From positions 1-53,861 of the forward strand of contig JACRMU010000004.1 of NCBI GenBank assembly GCA_016219515.1: DNA of 53,861 nt, given 5' to 3'. The translations under genes were made by a program, and so were the position numbers. This document shows, piece by piece, positions 26,530-35,975 of this stretch. This DNA is from Deltaproteobacteria bacterium. Its GTDB lineage: Bacteria; Desulfobacterota; Deferrimicrobia; Deferrimicrobiales; Deferrimicrobiaceae. The notes beneath the pieces were generated by a model. The model worked only from the letters and a program-made list of their open reading frames with translations, searched no databases and was not told the origin of the DNA. Position 1 is the stretch's first letter. Every line of letters begins with the position of its first letter.

Positions 26530-28755
26530 ATGAGAAAAGACAGCATCTTCCTGCAGTTCATCTTCGTCGTCGCCGTGGTCGGCACCTTCCTGGCGGCCGC
26601 GGCCGGCTACATCATCTCGGTGCCTTTGATCAAGACCCTCACCGAGTCCGAGGAACGTTCCCTGCGCCTGGTATCGAACGAGATTTTCAGCATCGCCTCG
26701 GACAGCTTCCACGACCTTCTGGACGAAAGGAAGGAAGAGGATCCGGTGGACGTGGAGACCGCGAAAGAGGACCTGCTCGCGCGGATCGTAAAATACAAAT
26801 CGTCGATTTTATCCGCGGATTACCATTTCCTCGTCATCGACCGCGATAACCGGATCCTCGCGGATTCGGGGAATCTTTTCGAAACTCCCTTTCGCCAATC
26901 CCTCTCCGAAGGGCCGGCGGAGAGGGAGATCCGGATCGAGGACAGGAGCGGGGAAATGCTGATCGGATACCTGCGGTACTTTCCCGCCTGGCAATGGCGG
27001 CTGATCACATTGATCCACGAGAAAGATCTGAGGAAGGAGACGCGCCAGATCCAGGCATGGATCTATTCCTCCGGCATTGCGGGTTTTCTCCTGTTGATCG
27101 CGCTGTTCCACATGGTCCTGAAAAAGCGGGTCCAGGAGCCGCTGGAACAACTGGTCCGGTACGCAAGCCATCTGGAAGAGGGGCACTACGAGGTCCCGCC
27201 GGATGCGGGCAAGGGCGAGGTGGGCAAGCTGTCCGCCGCCTTCCACCGGATGGCGGCGGCCATCCGGGAACGGGAACGGAAGCTTTCGGATCTGGCCAAA
27301 TTTCCCGAATCGAACCCCAACCTGCTGATGAAGGTCTCCCCCGAGGGAAACGTGCTGTACTCCAACCCGGCCGTTTCGAAAATGCTCGCGGAAATGGGGC
27401 TTCCGGCAGACCATGCGGTCTTGCTGCTCCCATCCGACCTGCGGGAAACCACCCGCGGCCTTCTCCTCGAGGAAGAACACAGGAAGGAACTCATCTGGAA
27501 GGTGAGGGACCGGACGATCGAATACACCGTCTTCGGTTTCGCCGACGAGGACGCGGTCGTCTTCCACGGCATCGACATCACGGAAAAGAAGCGGATGGAG
27601 GAGCAGCTCTTCCACGCCCACAAGATGGAGACACTGGGGAGGATCGCCGGGGGGGTCGCCCACGATTTCAACAACCTGCTGACGGGAATCCTCGGTTATG
27701 CCTCCCTGATGAAAGGACGCCCCATCCTGGACGAAGGGGTGGCGAAGGCCCTGGAGAGCATCGAGCGGGCGGCCGAGCGGGGGACGCAGCTGACCCGCCA
27801 GCTCCTCGGGTTCGCGCGGAAGGGGACGCTCGAATATCACCCGCTCGACCTGAACCGGATCGTGGACGAAATCGCCGACATGATTTCGCAGACGTTCATC
27901 CGGACCATCGGGATCCGTCTCGACAAGGCCGCGGAGCTGCCCGCCGTGAGCGGGGACAGCACCCAATTGCACCAGTGCCTGATGAACCTGTGCATCAACG
28001 CGCGGGACGCCATGCCCGAGGGAGGGACCCTTACCATCGCGACACGCCGCAGGACCGTGGCCCTGGAGCGGCTGGAGCAATATTCACGCATCCCCGCCGG
28101 CAATTACATCGAGGTGGTCGTGACGGACGAAGGGCAAGGGATGGACGAAGCGACCCAGCAGACGATCTTCGACCAGTTCTTCACCACCAAGGTGCGGGAA
28201 AAGGGCACCGGGCTGGGGATGTCCATGGTGTACGGCATCGTCAAGAACCACGGCGGCTTCATCACGGTGAGAAGCGTCCTCGGGAAGGGAACGTCGGTCG
28301 AGCTTCTCATCCCCGTGGCGGAATCGGCCCGGCCCGTTGCGGTGGACCAGGAACTCCTGCCGGAGATCGACTCCCGCGCCAACGGCGACGGAAGCACGGT
28401 GCTGCTCGTGGACGACGAAGAGTTCGTCCGGGACGTGGGAAAGGCGATGCTCAATACACTCGGTTATGAAGTCCTCACCGCCGAAAACGGCCAGGAAGGG
28501 GTCGATACCTTCCGGCGAAACCGGGAGAAGATCTCCATCGTCATCCTGGACCTGATCATGCCGGTGATGGACGGAAGGAAGGCGTTCGAGGAGATCCGCC
28601 GGATCGATCCCGGAGCGCGCGTCGTCATCTCGACGGGATTCAGCGGCAACGAGGACGTGGACCGGCTGAAGGAGTTGGGGGCCAGCGCGATCCTGACCAA
28701 GCCGTACTCCTACAACACGATGACGAGCGTCGTCACCCTCCTCGAAAGCCGGTAG
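26530..28755 (+). CDS. hybrid sensor histidine kinase / response regulator (periplasmic sensor-HAMP-PAS-HisKA-HATPase-REC)
   Basis: 741 aa. Two TM segments flank a ~160-aa extracytoplasmic module. H-box [18 protein letters not shown] and G boxes [27 protein letters not shown] domain [24 protein letters not shown]. Confidence 0.9.
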   Translation: MRKDSIFLQFIFVVAVVGTFLAAAAGYIISVPLIKTLTESEERSLRLVSNEIFSIASDSFHDLLDERKEEDPVDVETAKEDLLARIVKYKSSILSADYHFLVIDRDNRILADSGNLFETPFRQSLSEGPAEREIRIEDRSGEMLIGYLRYFPAWQWRLITLIHEKDLRKETRQIQAWIYSSGIAGFLLLIALFHMVLKKRVQEPLEQLVRYASHLEEGHYEVPPDAGKGEVGKLSAAFHRMAAAIRERERKLSDLAKFPESNPNLLMKVSPEGNVLYSNPAVSKMLAEMGLPADHAVLLLPSDLRETTRGLLLEEEHRKELIWKVRDRTIEYTVFGFADEDAVVFHGIDITEKKRMEEQLFHAHKMETLGRIAGGVAHDFNNLLTGILGYASLMKGRPILDEGVAKALESIERAAERGTQLTRQLLGFARKGTLEYHPLDLNRIVDEIADMISQTFIRTIGIRLDKAAELPAVSGDSTQLHQCLMNLCINARDAMPEGGTLTIATRRRTVALERLEQYSRIPAGNYIEVVVTDEGQGMDEATQQTIFDQFFTTKVREKGTGLGMSMVYGIVKNHGGFITVRSVLGKGTSVELLIPVAESARPVAVDQELLPEIDSRANGDGSTVLLVDDEEFVRDVGKAMLNTLGYEVLTAENGQEGVDTFRRNREKISIVILDLIMPVMDGRKAFEEIRRIDPGARVVISTGFSGNEDVDRLKELGASAILTKPYSYNTMTSVVTLLESR

Positions 28756-30343
28756 AAGAAGCGCCCCCAGACGCGCAGGAAGGGTCTCCGGGCAAACAAG
28801 CGGTTCCGCGACTCCCTTTCCCGTATTCCAGGAGAGCGCTTCCGTAAGGGGCCCCGAAAGCCGCCCGGGCGCCGAACTCCGCCGACAGTCCCTTCAGCGT
28901 CAGCTCCGCGACCGCGTAGAGGTCGGTCCGTTCCGCCGCGCGGGAATACCTCAACAGGGCGCACGCCATCCGGGCGTTCAGGGAAAAGGGGACAATGGGG
29001 AGATGGAGAGTCCCCGCGTCCCCCGCGCGCGGCAGCCGGTCGAGGAAACCGAATGCCTTCGGCGAGAAGAAGCGCCGCACCGACCCGTCCAGGGCCTCTC
29101 CCGCCCAGGCAAGGTATTTCTCCCCGCCGCCCGCTTCCCAGAGATCCAGGTGCGCCTCCGCAACCGACACGTTGTCCGCCAGGTGGCCCGACTCGGCCGC
29201 GCCGTTTTCACGAAAGCGGACCTGTCCTTCCCCGGCATCCCACAGATTCGCGCGGAGGAACTCCCCCAGTTTCCCGGCGAGTTCCAGAAGCGTCCTCCCC
29301 GCCGCCGCAGGAATTTCCAGGTCCCCGCCGAAGGCCCGGTGCGCCGATACGAGCCCCGAGACGGCCCTGCCGTTGTACTCGGAAATCACCGTCCGGTCGA
29401 CGGAGGGGGCGGGTCGCCTCGCCCGCCCCTCCGCGTCCCCCAGGTAATATTCCTCGTCCGCGTCCTGGCTGGGGAAGAAGGCGCCGGTCCTGGGATCGCG
29501 CAGGCGGGAAAAGAGGAACGACGCGGTCCGCCTCGCAATCCCGGCGAACCATTCCTCCCCGGTCCGCTCGAAGGCGAAGGCGTAAAGGGATAGCATCTCC
29601 GCGTTGTCGGCCAGCAGTTTCTCGTAGTGGGGCGCCGTCCAGTCCCGTCTCGTCGCATACCGGAAGAATCCTCCCTCCACCGCGTCGAACAACGGACTCG
29701 AACCCATCGTGCGGAGCACCTTCAAGAAGACATCCTTCGCTTCCCGGTTCCCCTCGAGCACCCAGGCGTCCCGGAGGAAGGACAGGATCTCCGGCACCGG
29801 GAACTTCGGCTCCCGGAAAAAACCCGGATGCAGGGGATCGTACCGGGCGAGCACGGAATGCTTCACGAGGGAAAGGTCATCGGGGTGCGGCCCGCCGGGA
29901 GGCGCGGAGGCCGGCTCCTCCTCATCCGCCGCCGGCGCGGACGGCGCTGCCGTTTCCGCCAGGTACCGTTCGATCCGGCCGCGGTCCTGCCGGTAGAAAT
30001 CCGCGCACTTTCTCAGGACCTCGAACAGGGAGTCGGGAGGAAGATAGGTCGCTCCCGTCAGGAGCTGCCCATTCGGCAGCAGGACCGCGGTGGTCGGCCA
30101 TCCCCCCTGGTTGTACCGCTCGTTGATATCGGGACGCCGGTCCGTATCCACGCGGACGGGGAGGAACGAGTCGTTCAGCAGCCCGACGACCCTCGGGTCG
30201 GACAGCGAGGTCCTGTCCAGGACGTGGCACCAGTGGCACCACGTCGCCGAGATGTCGAGGAAGACGAGCTTCCCCTCGGTCTCCGCCTGGGTGAAGACTC
30301 CGGGATCCCACTCGCGCCAACGTATCGGTCCGGTCTCCGCCAT
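28733..30343 (-). CDS. DUF255 thioredoxin-domain protein (YyaL/SPATA20-like)
   Basis: 536 aa. N-terminal thioredoxin-like FLDISATWCHWCHVLD followed by a long alpha-helical domain. Its 3' end overlaps the kinase gene convergently by 23 nt. Confidence 0.85.
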   Translation of the reverse strand: MAETGPIRWREWDPGVFTQAETEGKLVFLDISATWCHWCHVLDRTSLSDPRVVGLLNDSFLPVRVDTDRRPDINERYNQGGWPTTAVLLPNGQLLTGATYLPPDSLFEVLRKCADFYRQDRGRIERYLAETAAPSAPAADEEEPASAPPGGPHPDDLSLVKHSVLARYDPLHPGFFREPKFPVPEILSFLRDAWVLEGNREAKDVFLKVLRTMGSSPLFDAVEGGFFRYATRRDWTAPHYEKLLADNAEMLSLYAFAFERTGEEWFAGIARRTASFLFSRLRDPRTGAFFPSQDADEEYYLGDAEGRARRPAPSVDRTVISEYNGRAVSGLVSAHRAFGGDLEIPAAAGRTLLELAGKLGEFLRANLWDAGEGQVRFRENGAAESGHLADNVSVAEAHLDLWEAGGGEKYLAWAGEALDGSVRRFFSPKAFGFLDRLPRAGDAGTLHLPIVPFSLNARMACALLRYSRAAERTDLYAVAELTLKGLSAEFGARAAFGAPYGSALLEYGKGSRGTACLPGDPSCASGGASSTGFRGG

Positions 30344-30452
30344 CTCACACTCCCTCTTTCATGAGATGAGGCGCGGATACGACGAGTTCCTTGCAACGGG
30401 GATGTCCCCCGCGAGCCCGGAGTCCGATTGCCGTAGTTACGAATCGGAGGGC

Positions 30453-31247
30453 TCAGCCGCGCCAGTTGAGGTAGAAGCAGAGCGTCGCCAGCAGGAAGGT
30501 GTAGGGAGCGAAGCGGATGAACTTCCCCCGGGTCACCAGCCGCTCGACAACCAGCAGCGAAAGATATCCGGTGACAAGCGAGAAGAGGAAACCGGCCGCA
30601 CAGGATCCGATCGGCGGCAGGACCGATACCCCCGTTTTCAGGTTTACCACGGCCGCACCCAGGATGGCGGGAACGGAGATGAGGAAGGAATATTTCGCAC
30701 TGCGTCCAGGGGAAATTCCCAGAACGAGCGCCAGCGCGATCGTCGATCCGGAGCGGGACAGCCCCGGGAACACGGCGGCCCCCTGCATCATCCCGATGGC
30801 GATCGCCTCCCAGGCCATCATCCGGTCGGGGTCCCACTTGTGCCGGAACCGGAGGTTGCTGATCAGCAGGAAGCAGGTCAGGACCAGGTAACGCGCGCCG
30901 ACGCCCCATACCGTGATCCCGGTCTCCACCGTGTCGTGGAAGGCAAGGCCGATCACTCCGGTCGGTATCGTGGAAAGGACCATCAGCCAGAGCTCCCTCC
31001 GCCCCCAGCCGTCCGCGGCTTCCCTCTCCCGCCGGAAGAGGGAAGACAGGATGGCGAGGATCTCCCTGCGGAGGAAGAACAGGACGGCGAAGAGCGTCCC
31101 GAGGTGGAGAAGAAGATCGAAGGCGAGCTCCGGCTCCCGGATCCCCAACAACCGCTGCGCGAGAAAGAGGTGGCCGGAACTGCTGACGGGCAGGAACTCG
31201 GTGGCCCCCTGAAGAATGCCGAGGAGTATCGCCTGGAGGAAGCTCAA
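30453..31247 (-). CDS. uppP: undecaprenyl-diphosphate phosphatase
   Basis: 264 aa. GILQGATEFLPVSSSGHL and PGLSRSGSTI motifs. Its start overlaps the upstream PMM stop (ATGA). Confidence 0.95.
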   Translation of the reverse strand: MSFLQAILLGILQGATEFLPVSSSGHLFLAQRLLGIREPELAFDLLLHLGTLFAVLFFLRREILAILSSLFRREREAADGWGRRELWLMVLSTIPTGVIGLAFHDTVETGITVWGVGARYLVLTCFLLISNLRFRHKWDPDRMMAWEAIAIGMMQGAAVFPGLSRSGSTIALALVLGISPGRSAKYSFLISVPAILGAAVVNLKTGVSVLPPIGSCAAGFLFSLVTGYLSLLVVERLVTRGKFIRFAPYTFLLATLCFYLNWRG

Positions 31248-32602
31248 ACGATGGCCTGCGCCTTTTTCACCGCGTCTTCCATGATGGCGCGGATCCTTCC
31301 GACGGTGGCTTCATCCTTCCCTTCGAACCGGAGCACCAGGACGGGCTGGGTATTCGAGGCGCGGACGAGTCCCCATCCCCCGTCGAAAAGGGCACGGACG
31401 CCGTCCACGTCGATCACTTCCCGCGCCTGCGGCCGGACGATCGCCGCCACCCGCTCCACGACCCGGAACTTGCGGTCGTCGGGGCACTCCACGCGGATCT
31501 CGGGAGTCGCCACGACGGGAGGCAGGTCGGAGAGCATGGCGCTCAAGGGACGTTCGGACCGGGCCAGGATCTCGAACAGCCGCGCGGAAGCGTAGATCGC
31601 GTCGTCGAATCCCAGGTAGCGGTCCGCAAAGAAGATGTGTCCGCTCATCTCCCCCGCCACTTCCGCCGCCTCTTCCTTCATCTTCTGCTTGATGAGGGAA
31701 TGGCCCGCCTTCCACATGACCGGCCTGCCGCCGTGCCGGGCGATGTCGTCGTATAGGTTCTGGGAGGCCTTGACCTCGGAGATGATCGCCGCCCCGGGCT
31801 TCCGGGAGAGGATCTCCCGCGCGAAGAGGAGCAGCAGGTAATCTCCGTAGATGACGTTCCCCTTCTCGTCGACCGCGCCGATCCGGTCGGCGTCGCCGTC
31901 GTACCCCACCCCCACGTCCGCGCCGTGCTTCCGGACCGCCTCGATCAGGAACCGGAGGTTCTCCGGCACGGTCGGGTCGGGGAAATGGTTCGGGAACCGG
32001 CCGTCCATCTCGCAGAACAGCTCGATGACCTCCATCCCCATGTCGCGGAACAGCCCCGGAGCGACCTGCGACGCGGTTCCGTTCCCGGCGTCCACCACGA
32101 CCTTCAGTTTCCGCGGTATGGAGAGATTCGAACGGACATACTGCAGATATTCGGGGATCACGCTCCGGCTTGTCACCTTGCCGGCCCCCTCGGCGAATTT
32201 CCCGGCCTCGATGATCCGCCGCACCTCCTGGATCTTCTCTCCGTAAAGGGTCGACGGTCCGACGCACAGCTTGAAGCCGTTGAACTCGGGCGGATTGTGG
32301 CTCCCCGTGATCATCACTCCGCCGTCGGCCGAATACCGGATGATGGAAAAGTAGAGGAGCGGGGAGGGGCAGATCCCCACGTCGACGATGGAAAGCCCCG
32401 TCGAAGCAAGCCCCTGGGCCATCGCATCGCGGAACTCGGGAGAGGAGAGCCGGCAATCCCTGCCCAGCATGACGGTCCTAACGCCCTTTCCGATGGCGTA
32501 GGTCCCGAACCCCTTACCGAGTGCCATCACAGTGTCCGGCGTAAGGTCCCGTCCCACGACTCCGCGGACGTCGTACTCCCGGAAAATGTGCGGATTGATC
32601 AT
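31244..32602 (-). CDS. phosphomannomutase/phosphoglucomutase
   Basis: 452 aa. Phosphoserine loop TGSHNPPEFNG, Mg loop GVGYDGDADRIG and sugar loop GEMSGHIFF. Confidence 0.9.
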   Translation of the reverse strand: MINPHIFREYDVRGVVGRDLTPDTVMALGKGFGTYAIGKGVRTVMLGRDCRLSSPEFRDAMAQGLASTGLSIVDVGICPSPLLYFSIIRYSADGGVMITGSHNPPEFNGFKLCVGPSTLYGEKIQEVRRIIEAGKFAEGAGKVTSRSVIPEYLQYVRSNLSIPRKLKVVVDAGNGTASQVAPGLFRDMGMEVIELFCEMDGRFPNHFPDPTVPENLRFLIEAVRKHGADVGVGYDGDADRIGAVDEKGNVIYGDYLLLLFAREILSRKPGAAIISEVKASQNLYDDIARHGGRPVMWKAGHSLIKQKMKEEAAEVAGEMSGHIFFADRYLGFDDAIYASARLFEILARSERPLSAMLSDLPPVVATPEIRVECPDDRKFRVVERVAAIVRPQAREVIDVDGVRALFDGGWGLVRASNTQPVLVLRFEGKDEATVGRIRAIMEDAVKKAQAIV

Positions 32603-32616
32603 TTTTCCCTATGCCC

Positions 32617-34026
32617 CTATTCCAGGTTGATCTCCGAAAAGGTCCTCGAGGTCCGCCTCGCGACCTTGGTCCGGTGTGCGGCGCGGGAGACCTCCCGGGC
32701 GACCGCCGGGGACACCTTCCGGTTGAAGACCGACGGGATGATGTAGTCCTCCGACAGCTCCTCCTTCCCAACGCACGAGGCGATCGCGTACGCCGCCGCA
32801 TCCAGGGCGCCGCGGAAGATCCCAGGAAAGCACAGAACGTTGTTGATCTGGTTCGGATAGTCCGAACGGCCCGTCGCCATGATCCGAACGTACGGAGCCG
32901 CCTCCTCCGGCATGATCTCCGGGTCCGGGTTCGCCATCGCAAAAACAATGGGGTCCTTCGCCATCTTCTTCAGGTCGTTCACCGTGATCAGCCCCGGGCC
33001 CGCCAGCCCAAGGAACATGTCCGCGCCCGCGATCACGTCCGAGATCTTCCCCTTCTCGTTGTGCGGATTGGTATGCTCCGCGTACCAGTCCTTCATGAAG
33101 TTCATGTGCTGCTTCCGACCCTTGAAAATCGCGCCCACCCGGTCCACCCCGATGATGTTCCTCGCCCCCGCGTTCATGATGATCTTGCTGCACGCCACCC
33201 CGGAGGCCCCCACCCCCGCCACCACGATCTTCATGTCCTCGATCCGCTTCTTCACGATCTTCAAGGCGTTCAAAAGAGCCGCCAGAACCACCACCGCCGT
33301 CCCGTGCTGGTCGTCGTGGAACACCGGAATGTCCATCTCCGCCTTCAGGCGCTCCTCGATCTCGAAGCACCGGGGAGCCGAGATGTCCTCCAGGTTGATC
33401 CCCCCGAACGTCGGAGCCAGCGCCTTCACGATCTTGATGATCTCCTCCGTGTCCTTCGTCGCAACGCAGATCGGCCACGCGTCGATCCCCGCGAACTCCT
33501 TGAACAGCATCGCCTTCCCTTCCATCACCGGCATCGCCGCCTCGGGACCGATGTCCCCAAGACCCAACACCGCCGTGCCGTCGGAGACCACCGCCACCGT
33601 GTTCCGGCGGATCGTCAGCGTGTACGACTTCTTCACGTCCTTCGCGATCGCCATGCACACCCGGGCCACCCCGGGGGTGTACGCCATCGACAGGTCGTTC
33701 CGCGTTTTCACCGGGATCTTGTTGCTGATCTCGATCTTCCCGCCCAGGTGCTTCAGAAACGTCCGGTCCGACACGTTGACGATTTTCACCCCCTGGACCT
33801 GGCGCACCGCGGTGATGATCTCCTGCGCATGATCGATCCCGCGGGCGCGCACCGTGATGTCACGGACCACCGTGCCCTTCCCGTGGCCGCTCAAGTCCAC
33901 CGCGCCGATGTCCCCGCCCACTTCGCCGATGGCCGTCGTCACCTTCCCCAGCATTCCCGGCTTGTTTTGGATCTCCACACGAATCGTGATGCTGTAGCTT
34001 TCGCTGGGCGACAGAATGGTTGCCAT
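32617..34026 (-). CDS. NAD(P)-dependent malic enzyme with N-terminal ACT domain
   Basis: 469 aa. ACT-like ITIRVEIQNKPGMLGKVTTAIGEVGGDIGAVD. Malic-enzyme core DLSMAYTPGVA and VSDGTAVLGLGDIG. Rossmann motif VVAGVGASGVAC. Confidence 0.9.
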   Translation of the reverse strand: MATILSPSESYSITIRVEIQNKPGMLGKVTTAIGEVGGDIGAVDLSGHGKGTVVRDITVRARGIDHAQEIITAVRQVQGVKIVNVSDRTFLKHLGGKIEISNKIPVKTRNDLSMAYTPGVARVCMAIAKDVKKSYTLTIRRNTVAVVSDGTAVLGLGDIGPEAAMPVMEGKAMLFKEFAGIDAWPICVATKDTEEIIKIVKALAPTFGGINLEDISAPRCFEIEERLKAEMDIPVFHDDQHGTAVVVLAALLNALKIVKKRIEDMKIVVAGVGASGVACSKIIMNAGARNIIGVDRVGAIFKGRKQHMNFMKDWYAEHTNPHNEKGKISDVIAGADMFLGLAGPGLITVNDLKKMAKDPIVFAMANPDPEIMPEEAAPYVRIMATGRSDYPNQINNVLCFPGIFRGALDAAAYAIASCVGKEELSEDYIIPSVFNRKVSPAVAREVSRAAHRTKVARRTSRTFSEINLE

Positions 34027-34294
34027 GAAATCCTCCCCTGCCCTGAAAGAGTGTGGAATCGGGTGGAGCGTAAGCGGTTATTCTATTGAATAGGGCGCGT
34101 TTAATACAAGGAAATTCACTTGCCGTCAATGCGCAGTCATTTCTTCGGAATCTTTCGCCAGTTTCGTGGAATCTTAGCTATATGCAAATGATTCCAATAA
34201 TCTGTTATAGTTAATGGGAGCCCATATATGTAACGGTTTCAATTATGTAGAGCGTGTTTCAGGAATTATTGTCATTCCTAAAGGAGATCAAGCC

Positions 34295-34837
34295 GTGGAA
34301 ACGATGAACGTGGGAAAAAATATCAAGAGCATGAGGAAGAAGAAGGGGCTGACCCTTCAGGAACTTGCCGAAAAAAGCGGGATCTCCGCCACGGCCATCA
34401 GCGCCATCGAGAGGAACGTCTCGTCTCCGACGGTCAACACGCTGGCCGCCATCGGCCAGGCTCTCGGCGAGTCGTTGTCTTCTCTCCTGGGGGAAAGCGA
34501 AATCTCCTACGTCCTGACGCGCGCCGACAAGAGGGCGCATCTCGCCTCCGAGGTGCGGAACGCGGACTTCCTCAGTCTCGCGTCGGGGATCCCGGGCCAG
34601 CGGTTTTTGCCCATGATGAGCGTCCTGAAGTCCGGTTCGACCAGCGGGGAGGACTACATCACTCATCGCGGAGAGGAGTTCTTTCTCGTGGTGAGGGGAT
34701 CCCTGGATGTCGAGTTGAACGGGGAAACCATGCGGTTGGAGGAGGGAGACAGCCTCTACTTCCGCGGCAACACGCCCTACCGGTGGAAGAACGTCGCGGA
34801 GCGGGAAACGCACATCCTGATCGTGACGGCTGCCTGA
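34295..34837 (+). CDS. XRE-family HTH regulator with C-terminal cupin domain
   Basis: ORF 34214..34837 trimmed to GTG 34295, 8 nt after AAGGAG; ATG 34304 is an alternative. HTH LTLQELAEKSGISATAISAIERNVSSPTVNTLAAIGQAL. Cupin GEEFFLVVRGSLDVELNGE..GDSLYF. Confidence 0.85.
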   Translation: METMNVGKNIKSMRKKKGLTLQELAEKSGISATAISAIERNVSSPTVNTLAAIGQALGESLSSLLGESEISYVLTRADKRAHLASEVRNADFLSLASGIPGQRFLPMMSVLKSGSTSGEDYITHRGEEFFLVVRGSLDVELNGETMRLEEGDSLYFRGNTPYRWKNVAERETHILIVTAA

Positions 34838-34978
34838 TCCCTGATAAGCCACGGGGGATCGAGGGTAGGCCGCCCATGAGGCAAGGTGAGGGGCAAGCTG
34901 CTTAAATTCCTTCGTGGAGCGGCCGCCCCCCAGACGCAAGGGTGTGGGCAGCCGCCTGATCCCCGCCGGGGCGCCTCG

Positions 34979-35620
34979 CTATCGCACGCCGTTTTTGGGG
35001 CAAACCGATGCGAGGCCGCACTCGGAACATTTCGGTCTGCGCGCGACGCAGATCCGGCGTCCGTGCCACCCCAGCCGCGTGGCGAATTCCCACCACTTCT
35101 CTTTCGGAACGGCCGCGGCGAGGTCCTGCTCGATCTTCACGGGATCCTTCGACGCGGTAAGGCCCAGCCGGTAGGACACCCTTCCGACGTGGGTATCCAC
35201 CGGCAGCGCGCACGCGCCGAAGCAGGCGCCCAGAAGAATCGACGCGGTCTTCCTGCCCACGCCCGGAAGCTCCGTAAGGGATTCCATCGTCCCCGGGACC
35301 GATCCCCCGTGGCGCGCCTCGATCGCCGCGGCAAGCCCCCGGATCGCCTTCGCCTTGTTCCTGTAAAAGCCCGTCGGACGGACGACCTCCTCCACCGCTT
35401 CCTGCGGCGCCGCGGCCAGCGCACGCGGATCGGGGTAATCGCGGAACAGCCCGGGCGTCACCCGGTTGACGCGCTCATCGGTGCACTGGGCGGCCAGGAC
35501 CGTCGCAACGAGCAATTGAAAGGGATTGCGGTACGCCAGGAGGATCCCCGCCTCCGGGTAGGCGCGGCCCAGGAAATCCAGCACGAAAGGTACCTTCGCC
35601 GCCGGCCTGCGCGCCGTCAA
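34979..35620 (-). CDS. nth: endonuclease III
   Basis: 213 aa. HhH-GPD motif LTELPGVGRKTASILL..VDTHV. Fe-S cluster loop CVARRPKCSECGLASVC. Confidence 0.95.
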   Translation of the reverse strand: MTARRPAAKVPFVLDFLGRAYPEAGILLAYRNPFQLLVATVLAAQCTDERVNRVTPGLFRDYPDPRALAAAPQEAVEEVVRPTGFYRNKAKAIRGLAAAIEARHGGSVPGTMESLTELPGVGRKTASILLGACFGACALPVDTHVGRVSYRLGLTASKDPVKIEQDLAAAVPKEKWWEFATRLGWHGRRICVARRPKCSECGLASVCPKNGVR

Positions 35621-35621
35621 A

Positions 35622-35876
35622 TCACTCGCTCCTGCGGAATACGATCACTTCGAACCCATGGACGTCCACGTTGAAAGTGACGTTCTCTACGACGCAGGCG
35701 AACAATTTCCCGGGTCCCGTCTCCTCGCCATCCGGGGCAAGCGCGAAGGCGCCGCGTTCGTCCAGCCAGGAAAGCATCGCATGCACCTCCGAAAACGTCA
35801 TATCGAACGGGGTGACGATGTTGTACACTTTCCCGTCGTGGAGGATGGGGTACGTTTCGAACTCCTCGGGTTCCAT
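35622..35876 (-). CDS. small hypothetical protein (84 aa)
   Basis: ATG-started ORF that ends 1 nt before the nth start on the same strand, suggesting translational coupling. Composition is non-repetitive. No recognisable family. Confidence 0.5.
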   Translation of the reverse strand: MEPEEFETYPILHDGKVYNIVTPFDMTFSEVHAMLSWLDERGAFALAPDGEETGPGKLFACVVENVTFNVDVHGFEVIVFRRSE

Positions 35877-35975
35877 AACAAGTCCTTTCGCGCTTTGCGG
35901 AAACCGCCCGTTTAGTATACGCTGTTAACCCGCACCACTCACAAGGCTTCTGCTGCTGCGGCGGAGGTTTTCGTC

